NCBI GenBank assembly: GCA_000934665.2
Contig: JYFJ02003731.1
Span: forward strand, 1-38,455
Direction: 5' to 3'
From: Catajapyx aquilonaris
Lineage: Eukaryota
Length of the DNA: 38,455 nt
Part shown: in pieces, positions 1-19,410 of the stretch
Layout of the letters: each line of letters begins with the position of its first letter
How positions within the stretch are numbered: the first letter of the stretch is position 1
Program-made: the position numbers and the translations under genes
Notes under the pieces: model-generated
Seen by the model: only the letters and a program-made list of their open reading frames with translations
What the model was told of the DNA's origin: nothing
Databases searched by the model: none

Positions 1-517
1 CCAATCCGGCCTTCATTTGCGCCCAGGTGGTGGGCGACAGTGAGATGTGAGTACTGAGCACATTCCCTTCAATCAGAATACATCGTACAATGGCACAGCA
101 CCTGAGTTTCAGTCTCTAATCGCAGGCACAAGCGGGCACAAGCCCGTTTCCCCATGCCCAGAGCCTGTCTTTCATAATTGGCGGGAAATTTTGTCATCCC
201 GGTGACGTCACTACCGCTGCGCTATAATTGGCCCGATCCGTTATGGCTCTACCCTTCCTTCTATATACCCTGGGCCGACCCTCCAATATTAATTAAAGAA
301 TTATCTTAAATCGGGGAACGACACAGTACATGAAAACGGAGACACACATTGAATTGCCTGAGCGATAACTTTTCACTATCATTGGAGGGCATGCTTACGT
401 CCATGCATCTGCGAATTGTTATCAGACGTGTTTCCATTAACAAAAAGTGCTGCAGTTACGTCCTGCTCATACTCAGAAATTGGTTAGTACCTTTTTTCAG
501 AGACGCGGGGCTTTCTG

Positions 518-2109
518 TCAGTCCCAGTCTTCGTCTTCGTTCGGTGCGCTGCTGCTAGACACATTCTGTGTCGTAGCTGGTGCCGGTATCATCGACGCCA
601 ATTTCTCCATCACGCTGCTTGCGTCTGGCATGTTGCGAGACTCTGCAGGCGCCGACTCCGACTTGTTGGCTCCAGATATTCCCTTACGCCGCAGCAACAG
701 CTTTGCATGCAGATCGGCCATCAGATCGCCCGCTCCCTGCACCTTGGCGGCTCCTCCTGCACCCTCATCCTCCTGCTTCTTCTTCTTCTTCGCTTCCAAC
801 TTTCGGTCGTGAACCGAACGGAGTTTCGCCTTCCCTCCAGCCTGACGGATCGCATCCATCAGGTTGGAACGAGCATCGCCTGACACCTCAGTTGGAACAC
901 CCTGTGGGATATGGATGTGTACAATATTAATCAGTACTATTTCGAGTAGTACTTACATCTGGAACGGCCTTTCCAGTTGACTCGGGTGTGACTGGCGATG
1001 ACACCTCGGTTGGCGGCGGTGGAGGTGGAGGGGGTGGCGGCGGTGGCGGTGGTGCAGGCGGCTCACTCACAGGCGGTGGTGGAGGCGGCGGTGCAATGGG
1101 CTTGGCTTTTTCATCAGGCGGCGAGGTTGGTGAGAAGCTTGGCAATTCCGGTATAATCGTAATGGGCGTAATGGCAGGCGCACCGGCTGATGGTGCTATG
1201 CCTGGTCCGGCATCCACGCTGTACTCCAGGTCATACGCAACCCCAGGCAAATCCGGAAGCGCCAACGGCACGTCAATCTCCGGTACGTCGCCCAACCCAG
1301 GCAGGTAGAAAAATCCGCCGCCACCCCCGGCACTCTCGCCCTGTGGGTTCGCAATCGAGGAAGGTGCCGCACCCATCTGATTCTCCTCGGTGTCTCCTCC
1401 GCCTCGACGCGTCTTCGCAACCACCCCCAACGGATCCATCATCGCATGCTTCCGATATGGATTCTCACTAGTGTTGAACAGCAGCAGCGACGACACCGAC
1501 TGCACATGTTGCGGCAGCCTCCCCAAACCTTCCTCCTCGTCGACCCCGGACTTCTGGCTGTCCAACTTCACATGATAGAACTGCATCAGCTCCTGCAACG
1601 GCCTGCACTCCGCCGGCTTGCTTTTCACTTTGGTCTGGCTCCATCTGAAAATTAAATCATAATTCAACCAATTTGTATGGCGCTCCATGAGGCCGCTAGT
1701 AAAAGCAGTTTTTGCATTGCAACTGGTTGTTATGGAAAGCATTTTGGTGTCACCTGACGTCCATCTCCTGGTCAAAGACAGTCCCAAAATGCAGGTCGTC
1801 CTCCTCCGCGGTGCTGCTTCCTTCCTGTCCGGCCTGCTGTCCTGAGGCGGGGTACTTTGCGCTGGAGAAGACCCTGGTGGCCTTGGTGCTTCCGGAGAGC
1901 TTGGCCAGCTTGGCCTGGGCCACGGAGACCCTCTGGTTGATGCTGGCCAGGTGCTCCTGGTTCGCCCTCACCCTCACCCTGACCCTCTCGAACACATCCT
2001 TGGTCACTCGGTCCAGCTGGTCTAAGGCGTCCGCGATCTGAACCATCGTCTCCTCCTGGCGAAGGTCGGACGGGACCAAAGGGACGCTGTACTTCGGCTG
2101 GTACCGCAT
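518..2109 (-). CDS. WASHC1: WASH complex subunit 1 (Arp2/3 nucleation-promoting factor); exons complement(join(518..901,957..1644,1754..2109)), about 475 aa
   Basis: N-terminal WAHD-type sequence ([26 protein letters not shown]...[27 protein letters not shown]), LPDLPG motif, polyproline tract, then VCA: WH2 ([20 protein letters not shown]), central ([19 protein letters not shown]), acidic end EDEDWD*. Introns 1645..1753 (GT-AG, phase 2) and 902..956 (GTAAGT..CAG, phase 0) join the ORFs in frame; total 1428 nt. Confidence 0.93.
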
Positions 2110-2199
2110 CGCGGACAGGACAGTGCTGCACAGGTATATTGCCGTTATGCACAACTATATATAGGATTGAAATATTTCGGAAAACAACTCGACCAAAAA

Positions 2200-2813
2200 T
2201 AAAAAAAGGAGATCCTATGCATCGGCCGCCATCTTGGTTATCGAATCGATCTATATCGGCAGTACGATATATCGCAAAAAAGTTTGTAACCCTTGTTCGC
2301 ACAATTTCCGTACATTTTCGGCCGCCAATTTGATAATATGACACTACAATGGAAAAGAGAGCAAAAAATGTCAACCGAAAATGTTTAAAAATCGCGCGAT
2401 TACGTCACTAGTTTGATAATTACGAGAGCCTGTTGCTGATTGGCTGGATCGTTCCGTCACACGTAAAGGATCGGACCAATAAGGACCGTCGTTTCATCTC
2501 CTGCTAGGCGATTGTAGTTTCCCGCTTGACCGCTGCAAATAGCGTCGCTTCTAAGCTGCTATCGCTGCTACTAATATCAATCCCTGCTGTAATTAAATTT
2601 TGTCATTAACCTGCAGTGCAACAACCTCCAATAATAAGTACCCGCTTAATTACATACTGTGTGATCCCACCTGAATGCATTCCACTAGGGTAGATCACTA
2701 GGGCTGTATGCAAATAGCGGTTAGGGTTTTTGCAGCAGCTATGCTAAATCGCTGTTGGGAAAATTTCACTTCGCGAAATTTTCACGGCCAGTCAGTTGTT
2801 GGGGTTTTCCAAA

Positions 2814-2822
<9 letters not shown>
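2200..2822. promoter_or_regulatory. Putative bidirectional promoter shared by WASHC1 and MIER1
   Basis: Start codons at 2109 (-) and 2814 (+) diverge. YY1-like GCCGCCATCTTGG at 2225-2237 (faces WASH) and AAAATGGCGG at 2811-2820 (overlaps the MIER ATG). CRE-like TTACGTCA at about 2400, CCAAT boxes in opposite orientations at about 2440 and 2476, E2F-like TTTCCCGC at about 2518 and TTCGCGAAA at about 2770. Confidence 0.65.
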
Positions 2823-9643
<6,821 letters not shown>

Positions 9644-10084
9644 CTTCTCTGTTGATAGCATGTGCAGGACGAGTGGCCATTTGCAAGTGTGCGTGCAAGC
9701 CAAATCAGCGGCATTGTTGCAGTGCCAATTGGCACTCTCGTTTGCAGCTTTGTTGGTTAGGTCCTGGATTGAGGCTTTTAACTGAATTCGACCAGTTCAT
9801 GGAATGATATGTATTTCAAGCAGTCTTTAAAAATTATCCCGGTTTCATTAGATTAGGAAGAAGCCAAAGCAACTATGGCTATCTGGCTAGAATTTTCTAA
9901 AAAATCTAAAACAATTGTATCGGCAGATCTCTAAGTTTTATTCCAGAAAGTTGTACAGTTTCTGGTGACGTTTCTTCATTCTTATCATTATAAGAGACTT
10001 TGCAAGTAATGACAGAAATTTTTGAAATTGTCCAGGCAAATTTTCCGTCTTTCGTAGTGTTTTTTTGCTCATGGCCATGGCGAA

Positions 10085-10087
<3 letters not shown>

Positions 10088-10150
<63 letters not shown>
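10088..10150. repeat. (TAA)21 microsatellite in the presumed MIER1 3' UTR
   Basis: Perfect trinucleotide run; it explains the poly-I and poly-L ORFs in the track. Confidence 0.97.
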
Positions 10151-10152
<2 letters not shown>

Positions 10153-12489
10153 CAGCAGGTTTTTATGCAGACTTGTCTCAAAATGACAAAAACTAAACAA
10201 ATTTCAATAGTATTATACTGGACGTGAATAATTAAGACAAAAATTCTGCCGCAAATTTTCAAATAATGGCTATACCTTCTAGGATCTCACAAGAAAGATT
10301 TGCAAAATTTCTGTAGTTGATTCGAGTTGATTGTTGATCAGTTATCTCGGCTGGTAACTAGTTCAACAATGAGGCAACGGACAGCTGGCTAAGCAAAGTG
10401 CTGCGAAACATTGAAACTTTCTCTCCCAATTTCTCATTCTGTGTACGGTGGTTGTTGACCGTTCAAGCTTTGCTTAAATTGTTGCCGGCTGGTTTTGCTT
10501 GCAGGTTCACTTGCAATAATTATTCCAAGTGTACAGACAACTGAAGACTGTGTTGAAGTGATGGTGGTGACAAGATTTTTGTTGCAAGCCCCCTGTCTCG
10601 TGAGCTGGAGGTGTGTCATTATTATCCTTCCAAGCAGCGCAGGTCGTGATTAAATTCAGTTTCCTGTTCGCTTGGACGAAGCCAGGCAAAGTATATTTTT
10701 TCGGTGATGTTTCAAAGAAGAAGTCTTTTCAAACCGAAAGGGCGATTATCCATGTGCCATTGTTGAGAGGATGGTAGCAACCGCATTCGTTAGTCGGAGC
10801 TGCTTTTTACTCATTATATTTTTAAACTAGGGCAAAAGCAGTGCGTTTCAAATGTACAGTATGCAGATTTAACGTATTGAGACGCATTGCCGCCATTAAA
10901 AATGAAGTTAACAATATTGGTTTATTTTGACAGGAATTATTGTATGCCTGTTTTATTTAGATCCATTCCGTTCAGTTTCATTTATTTGATAATTCGGTTG
11001 CGGTTGCTTCCATCTTTTGAATGCTAAAAATAGGAGAAAATGCAAAAGTAAAGAAAGGAAAGTCCTGTAGCACACTGTACAGTACAAACGTCACCTCCCT
11101 TTTTCTCCCTCCCTCCTATGCCCTCCCCCTAATTTTTTCGGGTTTGACGATTGTTTCAATAGTTTGAACCCAACTTATCCCAAGCCCACATTCCACAAGT
11201 ACGACTCGAGTGAAAAATAATTGAAGAATTATTGGGAAGGTTCTGCAAGTTGTATTGCAGGCTGTTGAAAAATTATTTGCGCACAATTTTTTTCCGCTCT
11301 ATTGGTGTCGCCCAAAATAATTGGGCGGGGGGGATATGTGTATTTATATTGTAATTAAGGTTTATTTTCAGTGGGGGGGATGGAATAGGGAGAAGATGTG
11401 ACATGTTGTTGACTTTTAATATACTAGATTTGGATCTCTTGGTGCACACCAAATAAGAAGAAGAAGAAAAAAAAAGGTTGCACAATAGATGTGCAGAAAT
11501 TTGTGAATTTTTTTTCCCCCGAAATTTTTTGATCTGGTTCAGTGACTAGGATTAGGACACACAGTGTAATATTTTTTTCCCTGCTGTTAGCCAGAAAAAT
11601 ATTAGCACCGGAGTAGCAAAGCGCTTGTACATTGAAAAGGTTTAACATTTTTTTTGTTGTTTTTTTTAATGTGTAAGAGTTAGGAAATTTTTGATATACT
11701 ATGCAAACTTCCAAAAAGCATTAAAAAAAATATTTAAATACAGTACGGTAGTTTAAAATGTCTTGAAATGTTGCCCCTCCTATTCACTCAAATTTTTAGC
11801 TGCAAAATTTACTATATATAAAAAAAGCTTGATTGGTGATAATTTTAACTTGCAGATAAAATTTTTGCAATCACACAGTAGGCCAATGTTTATTGGTTAA
11901 TGTGAGTCCCCCCATTAACATTAGGTCATATTAATAATCTAAAAGCAACTGGAAGTTTGTCACGGCAATAATATGTTAATACTTTGAACCGCTGAGGAAA
12001 AACGTAAGGTGTCATGTTTGAAATGCAAAAAAAAAAAAACTCTAAAAAAAAACTGGAAATGTGAAGCCCTCCATGTTCTGAACGTTCAAAAAAATAATTA
12101 TTAAAGCTTGTAGGGCTGTGGCCTTTTTTTGTGGAAAAAATAAGCAAAAAAACTATTGTGGTTATTTTAATATGTTTTTAGTCACACCAATTTTAGCCCA
12201 CCAATAAATATGAAACCTACACTTGCTTTCCCCAAATTCAATTTCGTTCCCACCACGATTAATTTTTCTCCTCATGAGACCGCAATTTTATTTCACTCTC
12301 TGTACTGTTTTTTTTGTGCTGGTGAAAGTATGAGTGTTAACACGTTGGATCCTTTTACCTGTGATGCATTTATTGTCGACATGTATGCATNCCCTAGGGA
12401 TGTTGCCCCCCCCCCCTCCCCCCCATCATTGTTGGAAGCCTTCTTATTCGTCGTCTGTGCCCAGAAAAGTACCATATGCCGGACACAAT

Positions 12490-13063
12490 TCCACCATGGA
12501 AACATGTTGCCATGGTCATTCTACCAATTTTAACCAATTTTCTAACCGTTGCCATGGACAGTGGTTGCCATGGCCATTCTTCCAATTTTAACCAATTTTC
12601 TAACCGTTGCCGTTCAAACATGTTGCCATGGATGGTGGTTGCCATGGTCATTCTACCAATTTTAACCAATTTTCTAACCGTTGCCATTCTAACATGTTGC
12701 CATGGACAGTGGTTGCCATGGCCATTCTACCAATTTTAATCGATTTTCTAGCAGGTGCAATTCTAACATGTTGCCATGGACTCATGTTGCCATGGAGAGC
12801 AGTTACGTTTCCATGGCCATTCTAAAGATTTTATTTTCTAACAGTTGCCATGGAAAGTGGTTGCCGTGGGCATGGACAGCAGTTGCCATGGCCATTACAC
12901 CAATTTTGACATGTACATAAACAAATTGCCATTCTAGCGTTGCCATGGAAAGCGGTTGCTACGGCTAGCAGTTGCCGCTAAACCCACTTGTATTTCCTAA
13001 CAATAATTATTCCACCGCGGCAAGATGTTGCCATGGGAACACCCCCCCGTTGCCATGGGAACA
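12490..13063. repeat. 74-bp-period minisatellite built on GTTGCCATGG (RFX X-box half-site) motifs
   Basis: Exact GTTGCCATGG at 12506, 12548, 12564, 12622, 12638, 12696, 12712, 12770, 12786, 12844, 12882, 12939, 13027, 13049. Paired copies 16 bp apart recur every 74 bp. Confidence 0.9.
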
Positions 13064-15552
13064 CCAGGACAAACAAACTTCGCCTTTTTCAATGGTGGTG
13101 ACATTGGTTATAAAATTTCCCAGTGTTTTTTTTTTTTTTAAAGCAGTTCAAGTCCATTGGCCAGGTCCACAATATTTTAATTTTGATTTAGATTTAGCTA
13201 TAGCCGAATAGCAACAGTCACTGTTACTTTGCAAAAAAAAATAAAAATAAAAAAGTCGCAGCTACTTTTCTGTTCAAAACAGCTACTGTGTGCCGTTCAA
13301 GCCGCTATGCTCCATTCGGCCCTCCAGTTAACACCAAAAGACGTGTCATCACAACACTACGGTTAAGGAGGGGGGGAAAAAAACCTCTGGTAAAAAAAAA
13401 AAAAAAACTCTGGTTAAAAAAAGGGGTGTTTGGTAAAAGTGTTCCCAGGAAACTAATATTATCTCTTGGCCTCTTCCCCGAACGTTGTGCCCTTCCCGTT
13501 GTACCCTTCAACTCTCGGTACATTATTTTTATCTCTCTTCCTCTCTCTCTCTGTACTTCCTCTCTCTCTCTCTCCAATCTGGACCCAACATACGTTTTGT
13601 ATGAGGAAGATTTTCTATCTTGTTCAATTCACACGCATGTGTCACCCAGTTTGGAACTTGTAACGGCTCAGGGCTCAAGGAAAAGTTTGGTAAGTCCTCC
13701 GCAGAGAGAGAGAGAGAGTCATAATAATTGTTATCCACATATTGGAAGTCGTTAATAAGAGGTGTACTTGGAAAATGTGATGTAATTTAACAGATGGCAC
13801 GATATTGCTGGTTAATTAGCAATTGAAGGTAGACAGACTAATTAATCGCAGCTTGATCGTGTATATTGCTGGTTAATTAGCAATTAAAGGGAGACCATAT
13901 TGAGTCGGAAGACCCTAACGAGCTGTCCTGGCCGAGGATTAAAATGTGCTTATTGTATATTATCCCTTTTTTATCAGTTGACCTTTGCGTCATCCGAATT
14001 GACATCTTGAAATTGATGAATCGGTGACGCACTGAATTTTTACATGCCTTGCACTTCGGTATCTGTGTGTGTGTTTTTTTTTTGGAGTTTAACCTTCCTC
14101 TTTCTTGTCTTGTTTCAGTTTTTTGAGTGAGCCGAATCGACATGGTAAGTGTGAATTGAGTTACTCTGCTGGATTACTGCGATTGTAAAAAAATAATTTG
14201 TGGCGTCAAAAAGGGAGAGGGGTTCGAAAAGTATGTTACGTTCTTATGTCCTCTCGTAACCGCAATGGAAATTAATATCTGACACGATTTGTCTTTTTTT
14301 GTGTGCGTTTTTTAATCATATCATGGTGGGGTGCAATAATATGTAAATATATAAAATTAAAATAACATCGTGCTTTCTATTTCTATCATCTGTAATTGCA
14401 TGAATAACATTACAGGCTCTTTTTTTTCAAAAATAGTTCATGCAACATATAATTTTTGAGATATGCAAAGTGTGTTTAAGATTTGTACACTCAAGCTGCT
14501 GTAGAATCAGTCACCAGATTAGATATGACATACTCAGAGGTTGCTATCTTGGCTGCCGGTTACTCTCAAGTAGGTCGTCTTGCATCCAAATTATGATCCG
14601 TGCGACTAGGTTTGTAATGGTGGCTTACGGTCAGCTTTTAGTAAACGTTACGTGTCCGAGGTGCATGTGGTTTGTGTGCTTGGAGCTTACGTATTCGGCT
14701 GCATATTTCTGTGATATTTTTAGTTAACCAGACTGTTGCTGTCCGTTTGAATTAATGTATCACTGCTATAAATATGCACGACAAATCTGTGATTTTGAAT
14801 TATTGTACCGTACATATTAATCGAGTGGAAGCTGCTTGTACGTCAGGTGCAATCAGAAGCAAGGGGAACAAAAGCATGTGTCTTATTTATGGTCGACTTA
14901 CGCACTCAATTACTTCATAACAATGGGTGCAACAATTGGGCTTTTATGCTGCTAACACCGGAGATTGCTGCGGTTCCGAGTCCAAAGTATTTTTCGACTC
15001 AATAGCTCATTACTGAGCATGTGAAAGCATGTCATGTACTCACACATGTTGTGGCAGGTTGCCTTGGAGCTCATTAATTAATAATTACTGGATATCAGTT
15101 AGAGTATTGCTTTGAACAAAATGTGCGGCTCAATGGCTGCAAATAGGTGGACACTTTTTACCTGCAGATCTAGTTGAAGTTTTGACTTCTCTCGTTTTCT
15201 GTTTGCTGAAGACAAACACTGCCAACATCTTTCTGTGGTTTGATGGTTTGCGTCCGTCCAGGCTCACAAATTGGATCTCCGGTCGAGCACATACGAGATG
15301 GTAATATCCAGCTGTTGATAAGAACTTGTCACGTTGATCCCCATGATAATAGTGCTTTCATACCTTAAATTTTGAGTAATTTTTCCTCATGCTCTATTGC
15401 ACCTGGCACAGCTTCATAGCTTTTGTCCTGAAATATGATTAAACACTAAGAATAACGTACTTGTATGTAATTTTGTAGAGCTGCTTACTACAGTATTATT
15501 AGTGTTGGTTTGCCCGTGTCAGTTGCTTCTGTTACCAGTTCATAAACGTAGC

Positions 15553-17951
15553 ATGACTTGCAGGGTGGCTCGCAGTTCCGGAAGGATGTCCGGGGTCGGT
15601 GATACTGTAGAAGTCCGCCGCCGCATGCCCACTGGACTTACAATGGGCCCCCAGTCGGCCGAACCTTCAGTGGAGCTGACCCTCCTTTCCGAGGAAGGTC
15701 ATGCGAATGGAGATGCGTCTCAACTACTCCGAGCCGGCGGTGGGAGCGACGAGGAGGAGGAACATGTGACGTTCACTGCCAAATGTCCGGAAGCTTACGA
15801 GGAGACGACCTGCTCCGTGTTCATCCAGGTGTTCATCCCGTTCTTGATAGCCGGCTTGGGGATGGTCGGAGCCGGATTGGTCTTGGACGTTGTGCAGCAC
15901 TGGGATGTATTTGTGGAGGTGCCAGAGGTGTTTGTGCTGGTTCCGGCATTGCTGGGACTGAAAGGCAACTTGGAGATGACTTTGGCGTCCAGGCTCTCCA
16001 CGCAGGCCAACTTAGGACACATGGACACTGCCAAGGAACAGTGGAGCATGAGTGTCGGAAACCTTGCTCTTGTACAGGTTGGTAATAATTCCCAACCGAA
16101 CAGCCGTGCAACAAGTTCACGCGTGAAATGACTAATTACCTTTGAAACAACAGGATATTACACTCCATGAAGTTCAACAAGTCATAAGTGCTAAGTTCAA
16201 GCAGTCGGTAATCAGACAACAATCTTGCGCGTGATTGATTTATCAAGAGTGTTGAACTTCCTGTTACGGAATAATTAATGTTGCAGTTTCGGTAAAACTA
16301 ATGCGAATTTTCATTTCCAGTGCCAAGCAATAGTTGTTGGGTTTGTGGCTTCGGTGGCTGCTCTTATTTTCGGGTGGATCCCGAAAGGCGACTTTGACCT
16401 CCATCACGCCTTGATGCTGTGCTCAAGCAGTGTGGTGACCGCATCGCTGGCCAGTTTTATCCTAGGTATGCATCTGAAACTACCAAAATAATTATTTTGA
16501 AGCTGTCATTCGCAAAATGATGTGGCAGTAATTGAATTAAAAATTACTAATGCAATTGGACTGTCGTACGGACAATTATTTTTTGCCACCTGTCATCACG
16601 ATTTTTAATAATTTTACGGGGTGTCCTAATTTTTTGCCTAATGATTCACACTGCGTTTAAGGACTGGTTATGCTGGGAGTGGTGATCCTGTCTCGTCGCT
16701 GGCACATAAACCCAGACAATGTAGCAACGCCCATCGCAGCCAGTCTGGGCGACCTAACCACTTTGTCCCTTCTGTCCTACATATCTAGTTTAATTTATCA
16801 CTCAATAGGTAAGGAGACGGAATTAATAATAACATCTGGCATGGATCTGTTCTAATGCTGGTTTTTCATGCACTATTTCTTGTTGTCCAGGCACACATAA
16901 CTGGGTGGCCCCTGTCATAATAGGGATATATGTGGTGACCACTCCCATATGGATACTTATAGCAAGGGGAAATAAGTACACTAAGGAGGTACTGCACTCT
17001 GGGTGGACGCCTGTCCTCTCGGCCATGGTCATCAGCAGGTAAAATATCAGGACTGTAATGCATCGCAATTATTTCGTACGATGACCTGTCTTCACTTGCA
17101 TGTTTACGTTTGGCATCCAGCTAATGACTGTCTTTATATTCAAGTGCGGGAGGAATGATCCTGCAGTCGACGGTGAACAAGTTCAAAGGGATAGCTGTGT
17201 TCCAGCCAGTGATAAATGGTGTGGGCGGGAACCTCGTGGCTGTTCAGGCGAGCAGGCTTTCCACCTCTTTGCATCAGGACGCCAAGCCTGGGATTCTGCC
17301 CAAGTATGACCCTCTCATCTGTGTCAACCCCATCTCCGTTTTCTGCAGAGGAGGTACGCCAGGTTGACTTTAATTCATCAAAGTGCAGAGTGCTATCGTC
17401 ATCAAAAATTCCTTTATAAAAATATTGAAGCACATAATTATATCAGCGAAAACTTACACATTAATTTTTATTCCAGGAAGTCATCCGAGGACTGCGAGAG
17501 TTCTGATGCTCACTGTTGTACCTGGTCACCTCATATTTACCTATGCTATAAGTTACCTGAAGGCAGGACACACATCCGTAACACCCATCTTTGTAACCAT
17601 CTATCTGCTCGCTGCCATCTTACAAGTACGTTCAACTTTAATTCTATTTGCATGGTTAAGTAATTCCCTGCTCTACAGTCCCACCTTATTTCCCTTAAAA
17701 ATGTCAGGAGAGGTTACGCATATTTTCAATAACAATTTCCCAATTAACGGAGCTTTTCGGTGCAGGTTGCCTTGCTGTTGTACATTGCTCAAGTGATGGT
17801 GCAGTGGATGTGGACCCGTCGCATCGATCCAGACAACTCGGCTATCCCGTACTTAACAGCCATCGGGGACCTTCTTGGGACAGGCCTCCTGGCCATGGCC
17901 TTCGAGTTCCTCTATGTCATTGGAGACAGGGACAGTGACGTTGGGGACTGA
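15553..17951 (+). CDS. SLC41A1: SLC41 family Mg2+ transporter (MgtE-like), paralog 1; exons join(15553 or 15586..16077,16321..16465,16662..16808,16891..17038,17145..17353,17477..17625,17766..17951), 491-502 aa
   Basis: Two MgtE repeats with family motifs PX6GN ([18 protein letters not shown]) and PDX4PX6D ([28 protein letters not shown]), plus [11 protein letters not shown] and C-terminal [10 protein letters not shown]. All introns are GT-AG with consistent phase. The start ATG is ambiguous, and the symbol indicates family membership, not strict orthology. Confidence 0.93.
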
Positions 17952-19259
17952 ACCTGGTGTTTCAGTTTTTGGTATTTATTTTTGTATATGTGTCAGTGGT
18001 GCTCTAGAGACAAAAGGGGGTTTAGCCTTTTTTTTTTATTAAAAAAGAGTTTTATTGGGAGTGTTTCAATGCAATGGAATCTCAGCCAGAAGGGAGTACG
18101 CACAGAAAAAAAGAGCAGCAGATAAGTGAACTTTAATTTTTAAAATGCGAGTATTTACATGGGAAGCACAAGTTTTTTTAAAGGCGACTTATACTCTTTA
18201 GGCGAAATTCTTTCAAGCCGCGCCGCCGTATATTTTTATAGTTGGGATGCTTTTTACTTAATGCACGCTACAGCAGTACTTCCTTCTCTGTCCATTTACA
18301 CTCTAGTCAACAATCAGATCTTACAATGCTGTATCAGTTGGGTGCAATATCTGGGGCATTTGTTTCGGCTTTGTGATATTGCCAAGCATCTTTCAAAGCC
18401 TCGTTCTTATCAAATGATCATCTCCATGGGCAAGAATAAATATTCATTTATTTGCAATTACTTTATGCTGGCGTGGTCTAATCGCCTGATGAGAGTCACA
18501 TTGTAATACAGGGAAAGATTTCATCCGATTGGATCATGCGAGTCATCTGAACAGCTGGAAAGAGTATTTTTTAGAAGTGGTGAAAGAAAAAAGTCTTTAT
18601 CATTTCTGATGCAAGATATCATGTTAGCAGCTGTAAATGTGAATACTGCATTTCAAAGAGTCTATGACTGTTCTGCAATTAGCATTTTTATGTATATAAT
18701 TTTCTGAATGCGAAGGTTTTTTATTTGCGTATTAGTAGCAGATGTTGCTTGCAATTCAAGCCACTCCATCATTGGTTTTTGATCTGAATTAGCCGCATTT
18801 GCATTTGAAGTGGAATTTTGTGTTTTATGCAATTTAATATGTACATGGTTTATTTTTATTACATTTTAAGGTGTTTTTAAAAATGTAGTTGAGGTTTTGA
18901 AAACTGCTCGACAATGCACTGCTTTTTAGCCTGCCTTTTTTATTTTATTTGGTCAGTTAAACTGTATTACACAGAAGGAAAGTAACCTTCACAATCACAA
19001 TTAAATGTACGTAATGGTTTTAACTGGATAAATTTCTGGGCCCTGAGACATGACAATGCGACACTTAAAGGGTGAAGCTTTAAACAGTTTTCTGCATCGT
19101 AATACATATTACGGTATGAAAAAATAATGCTGCTGATAAAGTATACATCACATTTATTAACATGTACTTCATGCGTGCAGTACTTAACTGTCATTTGTAA
19201 GATAATTGTGGCCAGTCACTAGGTTGCTTCTTATGCCTCTTATTTAATTGTAATAATCG

Positions 19260-19410
19260 TACAGTGAAACCTGCCTGTAATGGACCATTACAGAAATTTT
19301 GTTCCTTTATGACAGGATTTTCAAACTGTTTTCGTTGAATGTGCAGTGAGAATTTATCAGTATAAAAAATTTTAAAAGTAAAGCAACTGTGCTTTAGACA
19401 GGTTTCATTG
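19260..19410. mobile_element. Degenerate Tc1/mariner(pogo)-like MITE
   Basis: TA-CAGTGAAACCTGCCT...AGACAGGTTTCATTG imperfect TIRs; internal perfect hairpin CTGTAATGG-A-CCATTACAG at about 19275. Confidence 0.5.

Noticed and set aside
447..1655. Plus-strand ORFs including a poly-Gly ORF (988..1308)
   Set aside because: Antisense shadows of the GC-rich WASH exons (the polyproline tract read in reverse).
9906..10262. Poly-Ile and poly-Leu hydrophobic ORFs
   Set aside because: Translation of the (TAA)21 microsatellite.
12334..12920. Repetitive ORFs and a CRISPR-like repeat/spacer appearance
   Set aside because: The spacers are themselves repeated, the context is eukaryotic and there are no cas genes; this is a minisatellite.
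13802..13890. 28-bp direct repeat ATATTGCTGGTTAATTAGCAATT(G/A)AAGG
   Set aside because: Two copies only, next to the low-quality tract; a local duplication with no evidence of function.
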